NCBI GenBank assembly: GCA_036660635.1
Contig: JAVXAF010000003.1
Location: 1 to 42,077 of the forward strand
DNA: 42,077 nt
Source of the DNA: Clostridia bacterium
Lineage (GTDB): Bacteria > Bacillota > Clostridia > TANB77 > CAG-465
Direction: 5' to 3'
Shown piece by piece: positions 27,490-36,397 of this stretch. Below the pieces are notes generated by a model, which was not told the DNA's origin, ran no database searches, and was given only the letters and a program-made list of their open reading frames with translations. The position numbers and the translations under genes were made by a program. Positions within the stretch are counted from its first letter, which is position 1. Every line of letters starts with the position of its first letter.

Positions 27490-29022
27490 TTATACCATCC
27501 TTTTGATTTTATCATATTCTTTTAAATACATTTTTACATATTCAACATCTGATGTACAAGGTAAATACTTGTCACCATATTTTTGTCTTGTTTCATTACC
27601 TTTACCTGTTATTAAAATAACAGTTTTAACATTGGTAGATGTTGCTTCTTCAATAGCTTTTTTTATTGCTTCTCCTCTATCTTCAATTAGTTCATAATTT
27701 TGCATATACTTTTTTATAAAAAGTGCTATATCATTTGAAATTTGTTCTACAGGTTCAAAACCTGGATCTTCTGCTACAAGAAATATTTTATCTGCATTCA
27801 TACCAGCAACTGTTCCTAAATGTTCTCTTCTAATATACGCTTTTTTACCAGCTGAACCAAATATTGCAACTATTTTTCTTCCAGGATATTCTAGCTTACT
27901 AGATTCAAAAAGCTTTTCAAAACTTAGTTTATTATGTGCATAATCAACAATTGCCACTATTTTTTCATCTTTTGTATGATATACTTCCATTCTTCCACTT
28001 GATCTTGCAATTTTTAAAGCAGCATAAATATATTTTTCAGGAATGCTCAATACAAATGAAACAGCTATTGCTGCTAAAGCATTTTCTACATTAAATAGAC
28101 CCGGCATAGTTAGAACAAACTCCTTACTATAGTTAGGTGTCTTTACATTAAATACTGTATTAAATCCATCTTTATGTACGTTATATGCATATATATCAGC
28201 TTGTTTATCTTTTACAGAAAAAGTTATAACTTTTTTAGAATCTTCTTTTGCCTTAAGTAAAATTCTGTCCGCAAAATCAGCATCTAAATTTACGCACGCA
28301 ACTTTTGTCTGCTTAAATATTTTAAGTTTTGATGCAAAATAATCTTCAAAATCTTCATGTTCTATTGGGCTTATATGATCTATAGAAATATTTAAAAACA
28401 CTCCTATTGCAAAATTAACTGTATCAAGTCTATTATATTTTAAAGATTGTGAAGAAGCTTCCATAACAACATTTTCAATTTTAGATTCTTTAGCATTATA
28501 AAAATGTCTTTGGAGTTCTAACGCTTCAGGAGTAGTTATATGAGATTCAAATTCCTCAACACCATCATAAGTATCAATAGAAGATATAATAGCCGTCTTA
28601 TTCTTTAAATTAGCTTTTGCATACTCATCTAAAATATATCTGATATAATAAGCTGTAGTTGACTTTCCTTTTGTACCTGTAATTCCAATCACATTTAATT
28701 TTTCGGACGGATTATTATAGTACATTTTTGCTAAATCATTGTGAGCAACTCTTATATTATTAACTAATATACATGGTATTCCAACTTCATAATCTATTTG
28801 ACTTACATATATGAACACTCCATTTTTAACTGCACTTTCCAAATATTCCTTTTTAAAATCATTTCCTTTACAAATAAATAAAGTATTGTTTTCAATATCT
28901 CTTGAATCATAAGACATATATTCAACTTCTTTTTCCAATACTTCATTGCAGTCTATAATATTTTTTAATTCATTTACATTTTTCAAACTTTTTATATATT
29001 CTGCAACTATATGTTTTTGCAT
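27490..29022 (-). CDS. murE: UDP-N-acetylmuramoyl-L-alanyl-D-glutamate--(L-lysine or meso-DAP) ligase MurE
   Basis: Mur ligase P-loop 'IGITGTKGKSTT', 'VMEASSQ' and 'VVDYAHN', with a 510-aa three-domain layout and an N-terminal 'YDSRDI..NTLFICKG'. SD is GGGGAGA. Confidence 0.9.
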   Translation of the reverse strand: MQKHIVAEYIKSLKNVNELKNIIDCNEVLEKEVEYMSYDSRDIENNTLFICKGNDFKKEYLESAVKNGVFIYVSQIDYEVGIPCILVNNIRVAHNDLAKMYYNNPSEKLNVIGITGTKGKSTTAYYIRYILDEYAKANLKNKTAIISSIDTYDGVEEFESHITTPEALELQRHFYNAKESKIENVVMEASSQSLKYNRLDTVNFAIGVFLNISIDHISPIEHEDFEDYFASKLKIFKQTKVACVNLDADFADRILLKAKEDSKKVITFSVKDKQADIYAYNVHKDGFNTVFNVKTPNYSKEFVLTMPGLFNVENALAAIAVSFVLSIPEKYIYAALKIARSSGRMEVYHTKDEKIVAIVDYAHNKLSFEKLFESSKLEYPGRKIVAIFGSAGKKAYIRREHLGTVAGMNADKIFLVAEDPGFEPVEQISNDIALFIKKYMQNYELIEDRGEAIKKAIEEATSTNVKTVILITGKGNETRQKYGDKYLPCTSDVEYVKMYLKEYDKIKRMV

Positions 29023-29125
29023 ATTATCTCCCCTTTTTACAATATATTAATTATATCCCATCTATATTTTAAAATCAAGCAAGAAAACAAAAAAAATCAA
29101 AGCAGATAGAAATTTATCTATCTGC

Positions 29126-29311
29126 TTAATACTTTTTACTTTTTTCTTTCTTTAAGTTTTCAATTATAGTATAATCTGATATCAATAAATTGTTGTCAAC
29201 TCCTGTACCAATTTCTACTTTCCTATTCCCACCGGGTATTATTTCAATTTGTCCATATGCTAATTGTCTTGCCTTTTTATATGATGATAAATTATTATGT
29301 TCCGTTTTAAT
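29126..29311 (-). other. candidate small ORF (61 codons) in its own promoter-SD-terminator unit, with no ATG/GTG/TTG start
   Basis: The open frame reads 'IKTEHNNLSSYKKARQLAYGQIEIIPGGNRKVEIGTGVDNNLLISDYTIIENLKKEKSKKY*'. It sits immediately after TAA-GGAGAG. A promoter (TTGTAT, 18-nt spacer, TGATATAAT) lies at 29348-29377 and a terminator hairpin at 29100-29127. The only start-like codon after the SD is ATT. Confidence 0.3.
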
Positions 29312-29376
29312 CTCTCCTTATAAATTATTATTTAGAAAACTTTTTTTATTATATCACTAATTTTTTTTGAAATACA

Positions 29377-29407
29377 ATAAAAAAAAGAACAAGCAGTACT
29401 TGTTCTT
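29377..29407 (-). terminator. intrinsic terminator after carD
   Basis: Minus strand reads aagaacaag-tactg-cttgttctt followed by T8. Confidence 0.6.
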
Positions 29408-29424
29408 ATATCTATATATAACTA

Positions 29425-29985
29425 CTAAAATAAATTTGTTGTAGTATCTTCTCCGTTTGTATCTTTTAATGTAGCTTCATTTTCAATTCCCATTTCATAA
29501 GAATCTTTTATAACAGCTTCAATTTGTCCGTCAAGAACATCATGTTCTATTTCTTGTGATAAAACTAACTCGCTAAGTAAAATATCTTTTGCAGTTGATA
29601 GCATTTTTTTCTCACCAATTGAAAGTCCTCTTTCCATATGTCTATGAGATAAATCTCTAACTACCTCAGCTAAATCTAATATGTTACCAGACTTAATTTT
29701 ATCTACATTTGTATTATATCTTTTACTCCAATTAGCATCATGTACATATGGTGCTTTTGGTTTTTCTAATACGTTAAAAACTTTTTCAAATACAGAACTA
29801 TCTGAAACTTCTCTCAATCCAATGTTATCAGCTCTGTCAGTTGGCACCATTAATTTCATATCACCAATAGGCATTTTTATAATGTAGTAATTTTCTATAT
29901 TACCTAGCATTTCTTTTTCTTCTATTGATTCAATTGTACCAGCCCCATGCATTGGATAAACTATTTTGTCTCCTATATTAAACAT
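29425..29985 (-). CDS. carD: CarD/CdnL-family RNA-polymerase-binding transcription regulator
   Basis: 'MFNIGDKIVYPMHGAGTIESIEEKE..G....YYIIKMP' is the CarD_CdnL_TRCF N-domain. The ATG at 29985 has AAAGGAGG 7 nt upstream. The track start is 30021. Confidence 0.9.
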   Translation of the reverse strand: MFNIGDKIVYPMHGAGTIESIEEKEMLGNIENYYIIKMPIGDMKLMVPTDRADNIGLREVSDSSVFEKVFNVLEKPKAPYVHDANWSKRYNTNVDKIKSGNILDLAEVVRDLSHRHMERGLSIGEKKMLSTAKDILLSELVLSQEIEHDVLDGQIEAVIKDSYEMGIENEATLKDTNGEDTTTNLF

Positions 29986-30084
29986 GGCTATGCCTCCTTT
30001 GCTTCTACTTTTATCGTACATTTATATTATACCATAAATCAGCTTAAAAGTAAAGCTATTTGACATAATTTGTCTAGGCTTTAA

Positions 30085-30798
30085 CTAGTTCCCAAATCTT
30101 CTGTTTCTTTTCATATACTCTTCAATTGCTTTATCTAACTCTGCCTCGTTAAAATCTGGCCAAAAAACTCCATCTGAAAAATATAATTCAGAGTAAACTA
30201 TCTGCCAAGGTAAAAAATTACTTGTTCTATACTCCTTACTTGTCCTTATAACTAAATCCGGATCAGGAACTCCAGCAGTATATAAATTATTACTAACTAA
30301 ATCAGTATCTATATTTTCTATTTTTAAATTTCCTTTTTTCACCTCAATTGCAATATTTTTTATTGCTCTTACAATTTCATCTCTTCCACCATAATTAAAA
30401 CAAATTCCAAATGTCAACTTTCTTCTATTTTTTGTTTTTTGCTCAATAATATCAAGATTTTTTTTAGTTTTCTCATCTAACCTACTTTCATCGCCGTATA
30501 CTTTTATGCAAATATCTTTATCAGAATTGTTTTTTATTTCTTCTTCTGTATATTCATACAATAATTTTAAAAGTGTATCAACTTCTGAGGCTTCTCTTTT
30601 CCAATTTTCAGTAGAAAAAGCGTAAACTGTTAAATATTCCACTCCTATTTCATAAGCATAATTAATTATTTTCCTTAAATTTTTGCCACCTTCTTTATGG
30701 CCCATACTTGCAGGCAGACCTTTTTCTTTTGCCCATCTTCTATTACCATCTAATATTATTGCAATATGTTTTGGACCATTTTCTGGTATTTTATTCAT
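30085..30798 (-). CDS. uppS: isoprenyl transferase (undecaprenyl-diphosphate synthase)
   Basis: 'HIAIILDGNRRWAKEKG', 'LTVYAFSTENWKR' and 'DLVIRTS.E.R.SNFLPWQ..YSE' are cis-prenyltransferase blocks. Confidence 0.95.
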   Translation of the reverse strand: MNKIPENGPKHIAIILDGNRRWAKEKGLPASMGHKEGGKNLRKIINYAYEIGVEYLTVYAFSTENWKREASEVDTLLKLLYEYTEEEIKNNSDKDICIKVYGDESRLDEKTKKNLDIIEQKTKNRRKLTFGICFNYGGRDEIVRAIKNIAIEVKKGNLKIENIDTDLVSNNLYTAGVPDPDLVIRTSKEYRTSNFLPWQIVYSELYFSDGVFWPDFNEAELDKAIEEYMKRNRRFGN

Positions 30799-30826
30799 TT
30801 TTTCCCCCTATTTTAAAATATATTTA

Positions 30827-31708
30827 CTAACTATTTCTATCTTTTATATATAATGCTAAATCCTTTAAAAATTCTGCTTTTTTATCATATATATTTATTA
30901 TATCAATTGCCTCAGAAATAATATCATCTAACTTATTTTTAGCTTCTTGTAAACCATACATTGTGACAAATGTACTTTTTTTAAGTTCATTATCATTTCC
31001 AACAGGCTTTCCTGTTATTTTCTCATCACCTATTTCAGATAATATATCATCTTTTATTTGAAAAGCTAACCCAATCCTTTGAGCAAACTGACTAAGAATC
31101 TCTATTTGAGATTCATCTGCTCCTGCAAGAATAGCACCTATTTTTGCAGATGCAATAATTAGAGCTCCTGTTTTGTTTTTATGCATATACTCAAGTAAAG
31201 AATTTTCAATTATTTTATTTTCACATTCAATATCTACAAATTCTCCTGAAATCATTTTATTTGTAGCAGTAGTTAACTCCTCAAATGCTCTAATATATCT
31301 TTTAATATCTTTTGTGTTTTTTGTCCCCTTACTCAATACTACATATGCACTATTTAATAGTTTATCCCCAGCTAAAATTGCTGTCGATTCTCCAAAAACT
31401 TTATGATTAGTAGGAATTGAATGTCTAAAATCATCATTATCAATTGCAGGTAAATCGTCATGTATAAGAGAAAAATTATGTATCATTTCCATTGCAATAA
31501 TAAACGGTATACACTCTTCAAACTCATCACTAAAAAGTTTAAAACTAGATAAAATAAGTATAGGTCTAATTCTTTTTCCACCTGCTAACAGACTATATTT
31601 ACATGCCTCATCAAGCCTTTTTTCTGGCACATCTTCAACAGCACTAAATTTTTCTAAATTTTCATTAACATATTTTTGATAATTGTTAAGTTGTTCTTTA
31701 AAGCTCAT
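30827..31708 (-). CDS. ispA: polyprenyl (farnesyl/geranylgeranyl) diphosphate synthase
   Basis: First Asp-rich motif 'LIHDDLPAIDNDDFRH' and second 'FQIKDDILS', with 'GGKRIRP' N-terminal. The ATG at 31708 (MSFKEQ...) avoids overlap with the upstream HTH gene. The track start is 31732. Confidence 0.85.
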   Translation of the reverse strand: MSFKEQLNNYQKYVNENLEKFSAVEDVPEKRLDEACKYSLLAGGKRIRPILILSSFKLFSDEFEECIPFIIAMEMIHNFSLIHDDLPAIDNDDFRHSIPTNHKVFGESTAILAGDKLLNSAYVVLSKGTKNTKDIKRYIRAFEELTTATNKMISGEFVDIECENKIIENSLLEYMHKNKTGALIIASAKIGAILAGADESQIEILSQFAQRIGLAFQIKDDILSEIGDEKITGKPVGNDNELKKSTFVTMYGLQEAKNKLDDIISEAIDIINIYDKKAEFLKDLALYIKDRNS

Positions 31709-31712
31709 TATT

Positions 31713-31934
31713 TTACAACACTTCCTTATCATCAGTTTTATATTCTAAAATATCACCTGGCTGGCAGGCTAATACACTACAAATTTTATTCAAAGTAGAA
31801 AATCGTATAGCTTTTGCTTTATTATTTTTTAATATTGATAGATTTGCAAGAGTAATACCTACTTTTTCAGAAAGTTCAGTCATATTTATTTTTCTTTTTG
31901 CCATCATAACATCTAAATTTACAATTATAGCCAT
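31713..31934 (-). CDS. small XRE/Cro-type HTH transcriptional regulator (YozG-like)
   Basis: 73 aa. 'KRKINMTELSEKVGITLANLSILKNNKAKAIRFSTLNKIC..L.CQPGDILEY' is typical of the YozG-like family that pairs with DUF2975 genes. SD is GGGGGA. Confidence 0.8.
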   Translation of the reverse strand: MAIIVNLDVMMAKRKINMTELSEKVGITLANLSILKNNKAKAIRFSTLNKICSVLACQPGDILEYKTDDKEVL

Positions 31935-31943
31935 ATATTCCCC

Positions 31944-32402
31944 CTATATCATCAAATCATTTTCTTCTTTATATTTTATAGCTTTATATACAAACTCAGA
32001 TAGTACAATTGTCATAAATCCAAATATAGTAAAAGTCATAAATATAATTATCATAAACACAGACTTTATCATTGGGAAAAATATTAAATAAAGTAGTGAT
32101 ATAGCCAAACTACACCACCCTATAACAGATAAAGTTTTAGCATTTTTTTTACTAAATGGCTCACTTATATTTATACTATTAAATAAAGTTATTGTCTTAA
32201 ATAATATAATTAAAGCTAGCGTACCTGAAGTATATAGTAAAGAAAGTGTTTTTACAAAATAATTTAATTCAAACATATTTTTAAACTCTAAAAACCATTT
32301 TAAACAAAAAGGCAAAGTCGCAAATACTAAAACGCCTCCTAAAAGTATTATATATAAAATTACTAGTATCATTTTTGATATTTTTTTATTTTCTAAAATC
32401 AT
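31944..32402 (-). CDS. DUF2975-like four-TM membrane protein
   Basis: 152 aa with 4 TM helices, placed immediately upstream of a YozG-like HTH gene, which is the standard DUF2975 arrangement. SD is AAGGAG. Confidence 0.55.
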   Translation of the reverse strand: MILENKKISKMILVILYIILLGGVLVFATLPFCLKWFLEFKNMFELNYFVKTLSLLYTSGTLALIILFKTITLFNSINISEPFSKKNAKTLSVIGWCSLAISLLYLIFFPMIKSVFMIIIFMTFTIFGFMTIVLSEFVYKAIKYKEENDLMI

Positions 32403-32427
32403 ATTTTTACTCCTTAAATACTTTTAA

Positions 32428-32456
32428 AATATATCATGTAACTTATCGAATGTCAA
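32428..32456 (-). promoter_or_regulatory. sigma-A-type promoter for the DUF2975-HTH(-ispA-uppS) unit
   Basis: Minus strand reads TTGACA, a 17-nt spacer, then TATATT, with an extended -10 TGA. Confidence 0.5.
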
Positions 32457-32525
32457 TATATATTTATTAACATTCATAATATTTTATACTAATAAAAATA
32501 ATTTCTTTATTTCTATCAAGTCACG

Positions 32526-32558
32526 AAAAAAAAGCTTTATAATATTTAAAGCTTTTTT
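32526..32558 (-). terminator. intrinsic terminator after hslO
   Basis: Hairpin aaagcttta/taaagcttt with a T-run on the minus strand (complement of the A-run at 32526-32533). Confidence 0.55.
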
Positions 32559-32578
32559 AAAAAGATTTTTTATCCAAT

Positions 32579-33445
32579 TTAATTAAATAATTTTTCTATT
32601 TCTTCTTTGCTATAATTGTATACTTTATTACAAAAATGGCAAGTTATTTCCATTTCTCCAAAATTTTCTACATGCTTTATTGCTTCATCTTTTCCAATTA
32701 TGCTAATCACTCTTTCAATTTTATGATTTGAGCAATCACATTTTAATTTTGGAGTTTTTTGCTCGATTTGTTTTGGATTATTATCTCCTGTTATAGTTTT
32801 TACAACATCATCAATATTTTGTAAATCCAGCATTAAACCTGTTACACTAGATATATCAGCATTTATTTTTTCTAATTTATCTAATGTTTCTTCATCAGTA
32901 TTAGGGAGTGGACTTATTATATATCCACAGGCTTTTTCAACCTCATTTTCTTTATTTATTAAAACCCCTAAAGAAACTACTGATGGTGTTTGCTCTGAAG
33001 TATAAAAATAAAAAGCAAAATCTTCAGCAATTTCAGATGTAAATAAATTACAATTTCCAACAAAAGGTTCTTTTAATCCTATATCTTTTACTATATTTAA
33101 AGTTCCTTTACCAACTGCCTTTGCAACATCTAGCTTGCCATTTTTGTTAAGTGGAAGTTCGATTCCAGGATTTGTTACATATCCTTTTATCTCTAAAGCA
33201 CCATTTGCACAAACTACAATGCTGCCTAATTTTCCATCACCTTTAATAGTTGTTGTAATTCTTTGATTTTCACTTTTAAACATTGATGCCATCATCTCTG
33301 TAGCCATCATTGATCTGCCTAAAGCAGCAGTTGCTACATTTGATAAAGCATGTAAATTTCTTATTGTTTTTATCATATTAGTCGCATCTATTATATATAC
33401 TAGCACTTGGTCATTATTTGTTAAATATTTTCTTAATATATCCAT
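32579..33445 (-). CDS. hslO: redox-regulated chaperone Hsp33
   Basis: 288 aa of Hsp33 fold, with the C-terminal zinc centre 'CDCS...' and 'CHFCNKVY'. Confidence 0.9.
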   Translation of the reverse strand: MDILRKYLTNNDQVLVYIIDATNMIKTIRNLHALSNVATAALGRSMMATEMMASMFKSENQRITTTIKGDGKLGSIVVCANGALEIKGYVTNPGIELPLNKNGKLDVAKAVGKGTLNIVKDIGLKEPFVGNCNLFTSEIAEDFAFYFYTSEQTPSVVSLGVLINKENEVEKACGYIISPLPNTDEETLDKLEKINADISSVTGLMLDLQNIDDVVKTITGDNNPKQIEQKTPKLKCDCSNHKIERVISIIGKDEAIKHVENFGEMEITCHFCNKVYNYSKEEIEKLFN

Positions 33446-33460
33446 TTTTGTATTCCTTTT

Positions 33461-34537
33461 TTATATATTATATCCTTTTAAGATATATTGTTCTTGCATT
33501 CTTCTTAATGATTGATTTATTATTTTTGCTCTTACTTCGCCTATTCCTTCAACCTCGTCAAGTTCATCTATAGTTGCAGAGCATACCCCCTGTAATGAGC
33601 CAAAAGTTTCTACTGTTTTTTCTATTACATATGTTGGCATCTTTGGTACTTTACTAAGAAGTCTATAACCTTTAGGAGAAACATTTAAGTCTAAAACGTT
33701 ATTATCAATATCATATCCTAAATTTTTGATAATTTTTTCAGTAATAACTAATTCTTTTCTATCAAGCTTTCTTATTTCTTTTAATATAGTCTCTGGTGTT
33801 TTAGTTGATCTTTTTTTCACAACCATATAATCTTGTATTATTAGTTTTTCTTCTGACTCAACGTTTGCAATTAATTCTTCAAGCTGAATATTTACCAATC
33901 TTCCTTCATTTCCAAGTTCTAGAATATTTCTTTTTACTTCTGCTTCCATTCTCATTATAATTTCACTTCTATAAATTGAATTTGCAACTGTTTCTAGTGA
34001 AACAATATCATCAAATTCATGTTCACTTAATATATTAAGCAAATTATCAAATACTGCTTTATATTTTTCAAGTGCTTCAAGTGTTTGATTAGCTCTCATA
34101 ATTACTGCTGAGGTTTCACTAATTACATATCTAAAATCTCCTTTAAATATTGTAATTATACCTCTTCTTTGAGAAATTGAAATAACAAGTTCATTAGTTT
34201 GTTTAGCAACTCTTTCTGCGGTTCTGTGTCTTGTTCCTGTTTCAAAAGTTTTAATTTTATGATCTGGAACAAGCTGTGCATTAGCCATTAATACTTTTTT
34301 CATATCTTTACTAATAACAATTGCTCCATCCATTTTTGCAAGCTCATATATATTAGCTGGTGTAAGATCCTGATTTATTAAAAATCCTCCATCAACTACT
34401 TCTTTCATAAATTCTTCACTTTGTGCAACAACTATTAGAGCACCAGTTTTTGCTTTTAAAATATTATCTAAACCTTCTCTAAAAACAGTTCCAGGAGCAA
34501 CCATTTTTAATATTTCAAGTATTTCTTCTTGTTTCAT
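33461..34537 (-). CDS. disA: DNA integrity scanning protein DisA (diadenylate cyclase)
   Basis: DAC-domain motifs 'DGAIVIS' and 'GTRHRTAERVAKQT', and a C-terminal HhH 'IEGIGEVRAKIINQSL'. The ATG at 34537 (MKQEEILEIL) has GGTGA upstream. The track start at 34549 is a TTG. Confidence 0.9.
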   Translation of the reverse strand: MKQEEILEILKMVAPGTVFREGLDNILKAKTGALIVVAQSEEFMKEVVDGGFLINQDLTPANIYELAKMDGAIVISKDMKKVLMANAQLVPDHKIKTFETGTRHRTAERVAKQTNELVISISQRRGIITIFKGDFRYVISETSAVIMRANQTLEALEKYKAVFDNLLNILSEHEFDDIVSLETVANSIYRSEIIMRMEAEVKRNILELGNEGRLVNIQLEELIANVESEEKLIIQDYMVVKKRSTKTPETILKEIRKLDRKELVITEKIIKNLGYDIDNNVLDLNVSPKGYRLLSKVPKMPTYVIEKTVETFGSLQGVCSATIDELDEVEGIGEVRAKIINQSLRRMQEQYILKGYNI

Positions 34538-34551
34538 CTTTTCACCCAACC

Positions 34552-35935
34552 TTATTTTATTATATTACTTAATGCTTCATCTATTGATTTTATACCAATA
34601 AGTTTAACATTTTTATCATTAATATTTTCTTTTACACTATCTATTTGTTTTTTTGACCCAAATATAGTTGTATACCCCATTTTAGTAACTTCTCTTACTC
34701 TTTTTTCAAAATTGTTAACACTTCTTATCTCGCCCGTTAAACCAACCTCACCAATAAAAACAGTTTTATTATCAATCTTTTTATTTTTATAGCTTGAGAC
34801 TATAGCCATAGCAACCGCTAAATCAACAGCTGGCTCATCTACTTTTATTCCGCCTATTACATTTATATATACATCTTGAGCTCCTAAACTTAAATTACAT
34901 CTTTTTTCAAGAACAGCTAAAATCATATTTAACCTATTTAAATCTATTCCATTTGCAACTCTTCTTGGCATATTATAGTACGAATGAGAAGTTAGAGCCT
35001 GTACTTCTAAAAGTATTGTAGAAGTACCTTCAACGGTTGCAACTATTGCAGTCCCTGGCAAATTATTTATACTATCTGATAAAAATACCTCTGACATATT
35101 AGTTACTTCTACCATACCTACATCTTGCATATCAAAAATTCCAATTTCGTTTGTTGAGCCAAACCTATTTTTTACACTTCTAATTATTCTATGAGAAAAA
35201 AATCTCTCGCCTTCCAAATATAATACGGTATCTACCATATGTTCTAATATTCTTGGCCCTGCTATTACTCCATCTTTGGTTACATGTCCTATCACAATTA
35301 CTGTGAGTCCTTTTCTTTTAGCAAGATACATAAGTCTTGCAGTCACTTCTTTTACTTGTGATATACTCCCTGGTACAGATGATATATCATCATCATACAT
35401 AGTTTGAATTGAATCAATTATGCAAAATTTAGGTCTACATTCCTCAATTTTCTCTTCAATTTGTAAAATATTAGTCTCAGATAGAAACAAAATATCTTCT
35501 GAAAACACTTTTAACCTATCTGCCCTTATCTTAATTTGAACTTCTGATTCTTCGCCAGACACGTACAAAACTTTACCATTTTTACTCAAATTAGAACATA
35601 TTTGCATTATAAGAGTAGACTTACCAATTCCTGGTTCTCCGTCCAACTAAAGTAAGGGAACCCTCAATTATTCCTGATCCAAATACTCTATTAAGTTCTT
35701 CATAACCTGTATCAATTCTAACTGTTTTTTCAACCTTTATTTCATTTAATTTTTTTAATTGTGATTGATTATCGAAAGTAGAAAAAAAAGATTTGCCCCC
35801 AGATTTAGTTGTAACTTTTTTATTTATTTTTTCTTCTACAAAACTATTCCAACTATTACAACCAGGACATTTTCCAAGCCATTTTGAGCTTTCATAGCCA
35901 CATTCTTTACAAAAAAATATTGTATTTGAAGTCAC
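34552..35935 (-). pseudogene. radA: DNA repair protein RadA/Sms, split by a 1-nt insertion in the Walker A codons
   Basis: The N-fragment carries the Zn ribbon 'FFCKECGYESSKWLGKCPGCNSW' and 'GSGIIEGSLTLVG', then goes out of frame. The C-fragment resumes '(G)EPGIGKSTL', 'VKNRFGSTNEIGIF' and a Lon-like C-domain. The minus strand reads GTT GGA C GGA GAA CCA GGA ATT GGT AAG, and the extra C is the plus-strand g at 35641. The probable start is the GTG at 35935, with GGGGGA 7 nt upstream. Confidence 0.85.
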
Positions 35936-35967
35936 TTTTTTATCCCCCAATTTCTATTATTTATTAT

Positions 35968-36317
35968 TGGTGGAGGTGGCGAGAATTGAACTCGCGTCCG
36001 AAAATCTATTCATACGAAATTCTCCGAGTGCAGTAAATGTTTAATTTAATACTACATTACTTTAACATTTACAAAAATATAAAGTAGTATGATTGAAATT
36101 ACCCACTAGTCTACAATCATAAACTAGATTCGTTTGCTAGATAAAATTATGCCTTTTAATACCCTCTAGCTAAATACCAAAAGACAGGCTACCAACTAGG
36201 CAGCGTATGCTAATTTATTGTCAGCGTTTATTTATTTTTCTCGCTTTTATAGTGGCCAACGAGAATCCACTACTCGCTATTCATACTTCAAAAAATCCGT
36301 CGATACCTTACACCCCC
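35968..36317 (-). ncRNA. ssrA: transfer-messenger RNA (tmRNA, SsrA)
   Basis: The 5' end GGGGGUG pairs with the 3' end CACCUCC-ACCA, including a G3:U wobble. The T-arm reads GGACGCGAGUUCAAUUCUCGCC. The internal tag frame GCT GAC AAT AAA TTA GCA TAC GCT GCC TAG encodes ADNKLAYAA*. The resume codon is inferred. Confidence 0.9.
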
Positions 36318-36327
36318 GTATATTGTT

Positions 36328-36356
36328 ATTATAACACATAAATACAGTATTTTAAA
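36328..36356 (-). promoter_or_regulatory. promoter for ssrA
   Basis: Minus strand reads TTTAAA, a 17-nt spacer, then TATAAT with an extended -10 (TGTTATAAT). The -10 box ends about 10 nt upstream of the mature 5' end. Confidence 0.45.
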
Positions 36357-36397
36357 GCATATTTTTCTAATTTACATAAATTAATATATAATATAAT

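Noticed and set aside
35621-35650. Programmed +1 ribosomal frameshift as an explanation for the split radA.
   Set aside because: Reading through would need a +1 slip at GGA-C-GGA. The P-site Gly tRNA cannot re-pair in the +1 frame (GAC). There is no prfB-like internal SD plus stop arrangement, and the site is the catalytic P-loop. A mutation or sequencing error is far more likely.
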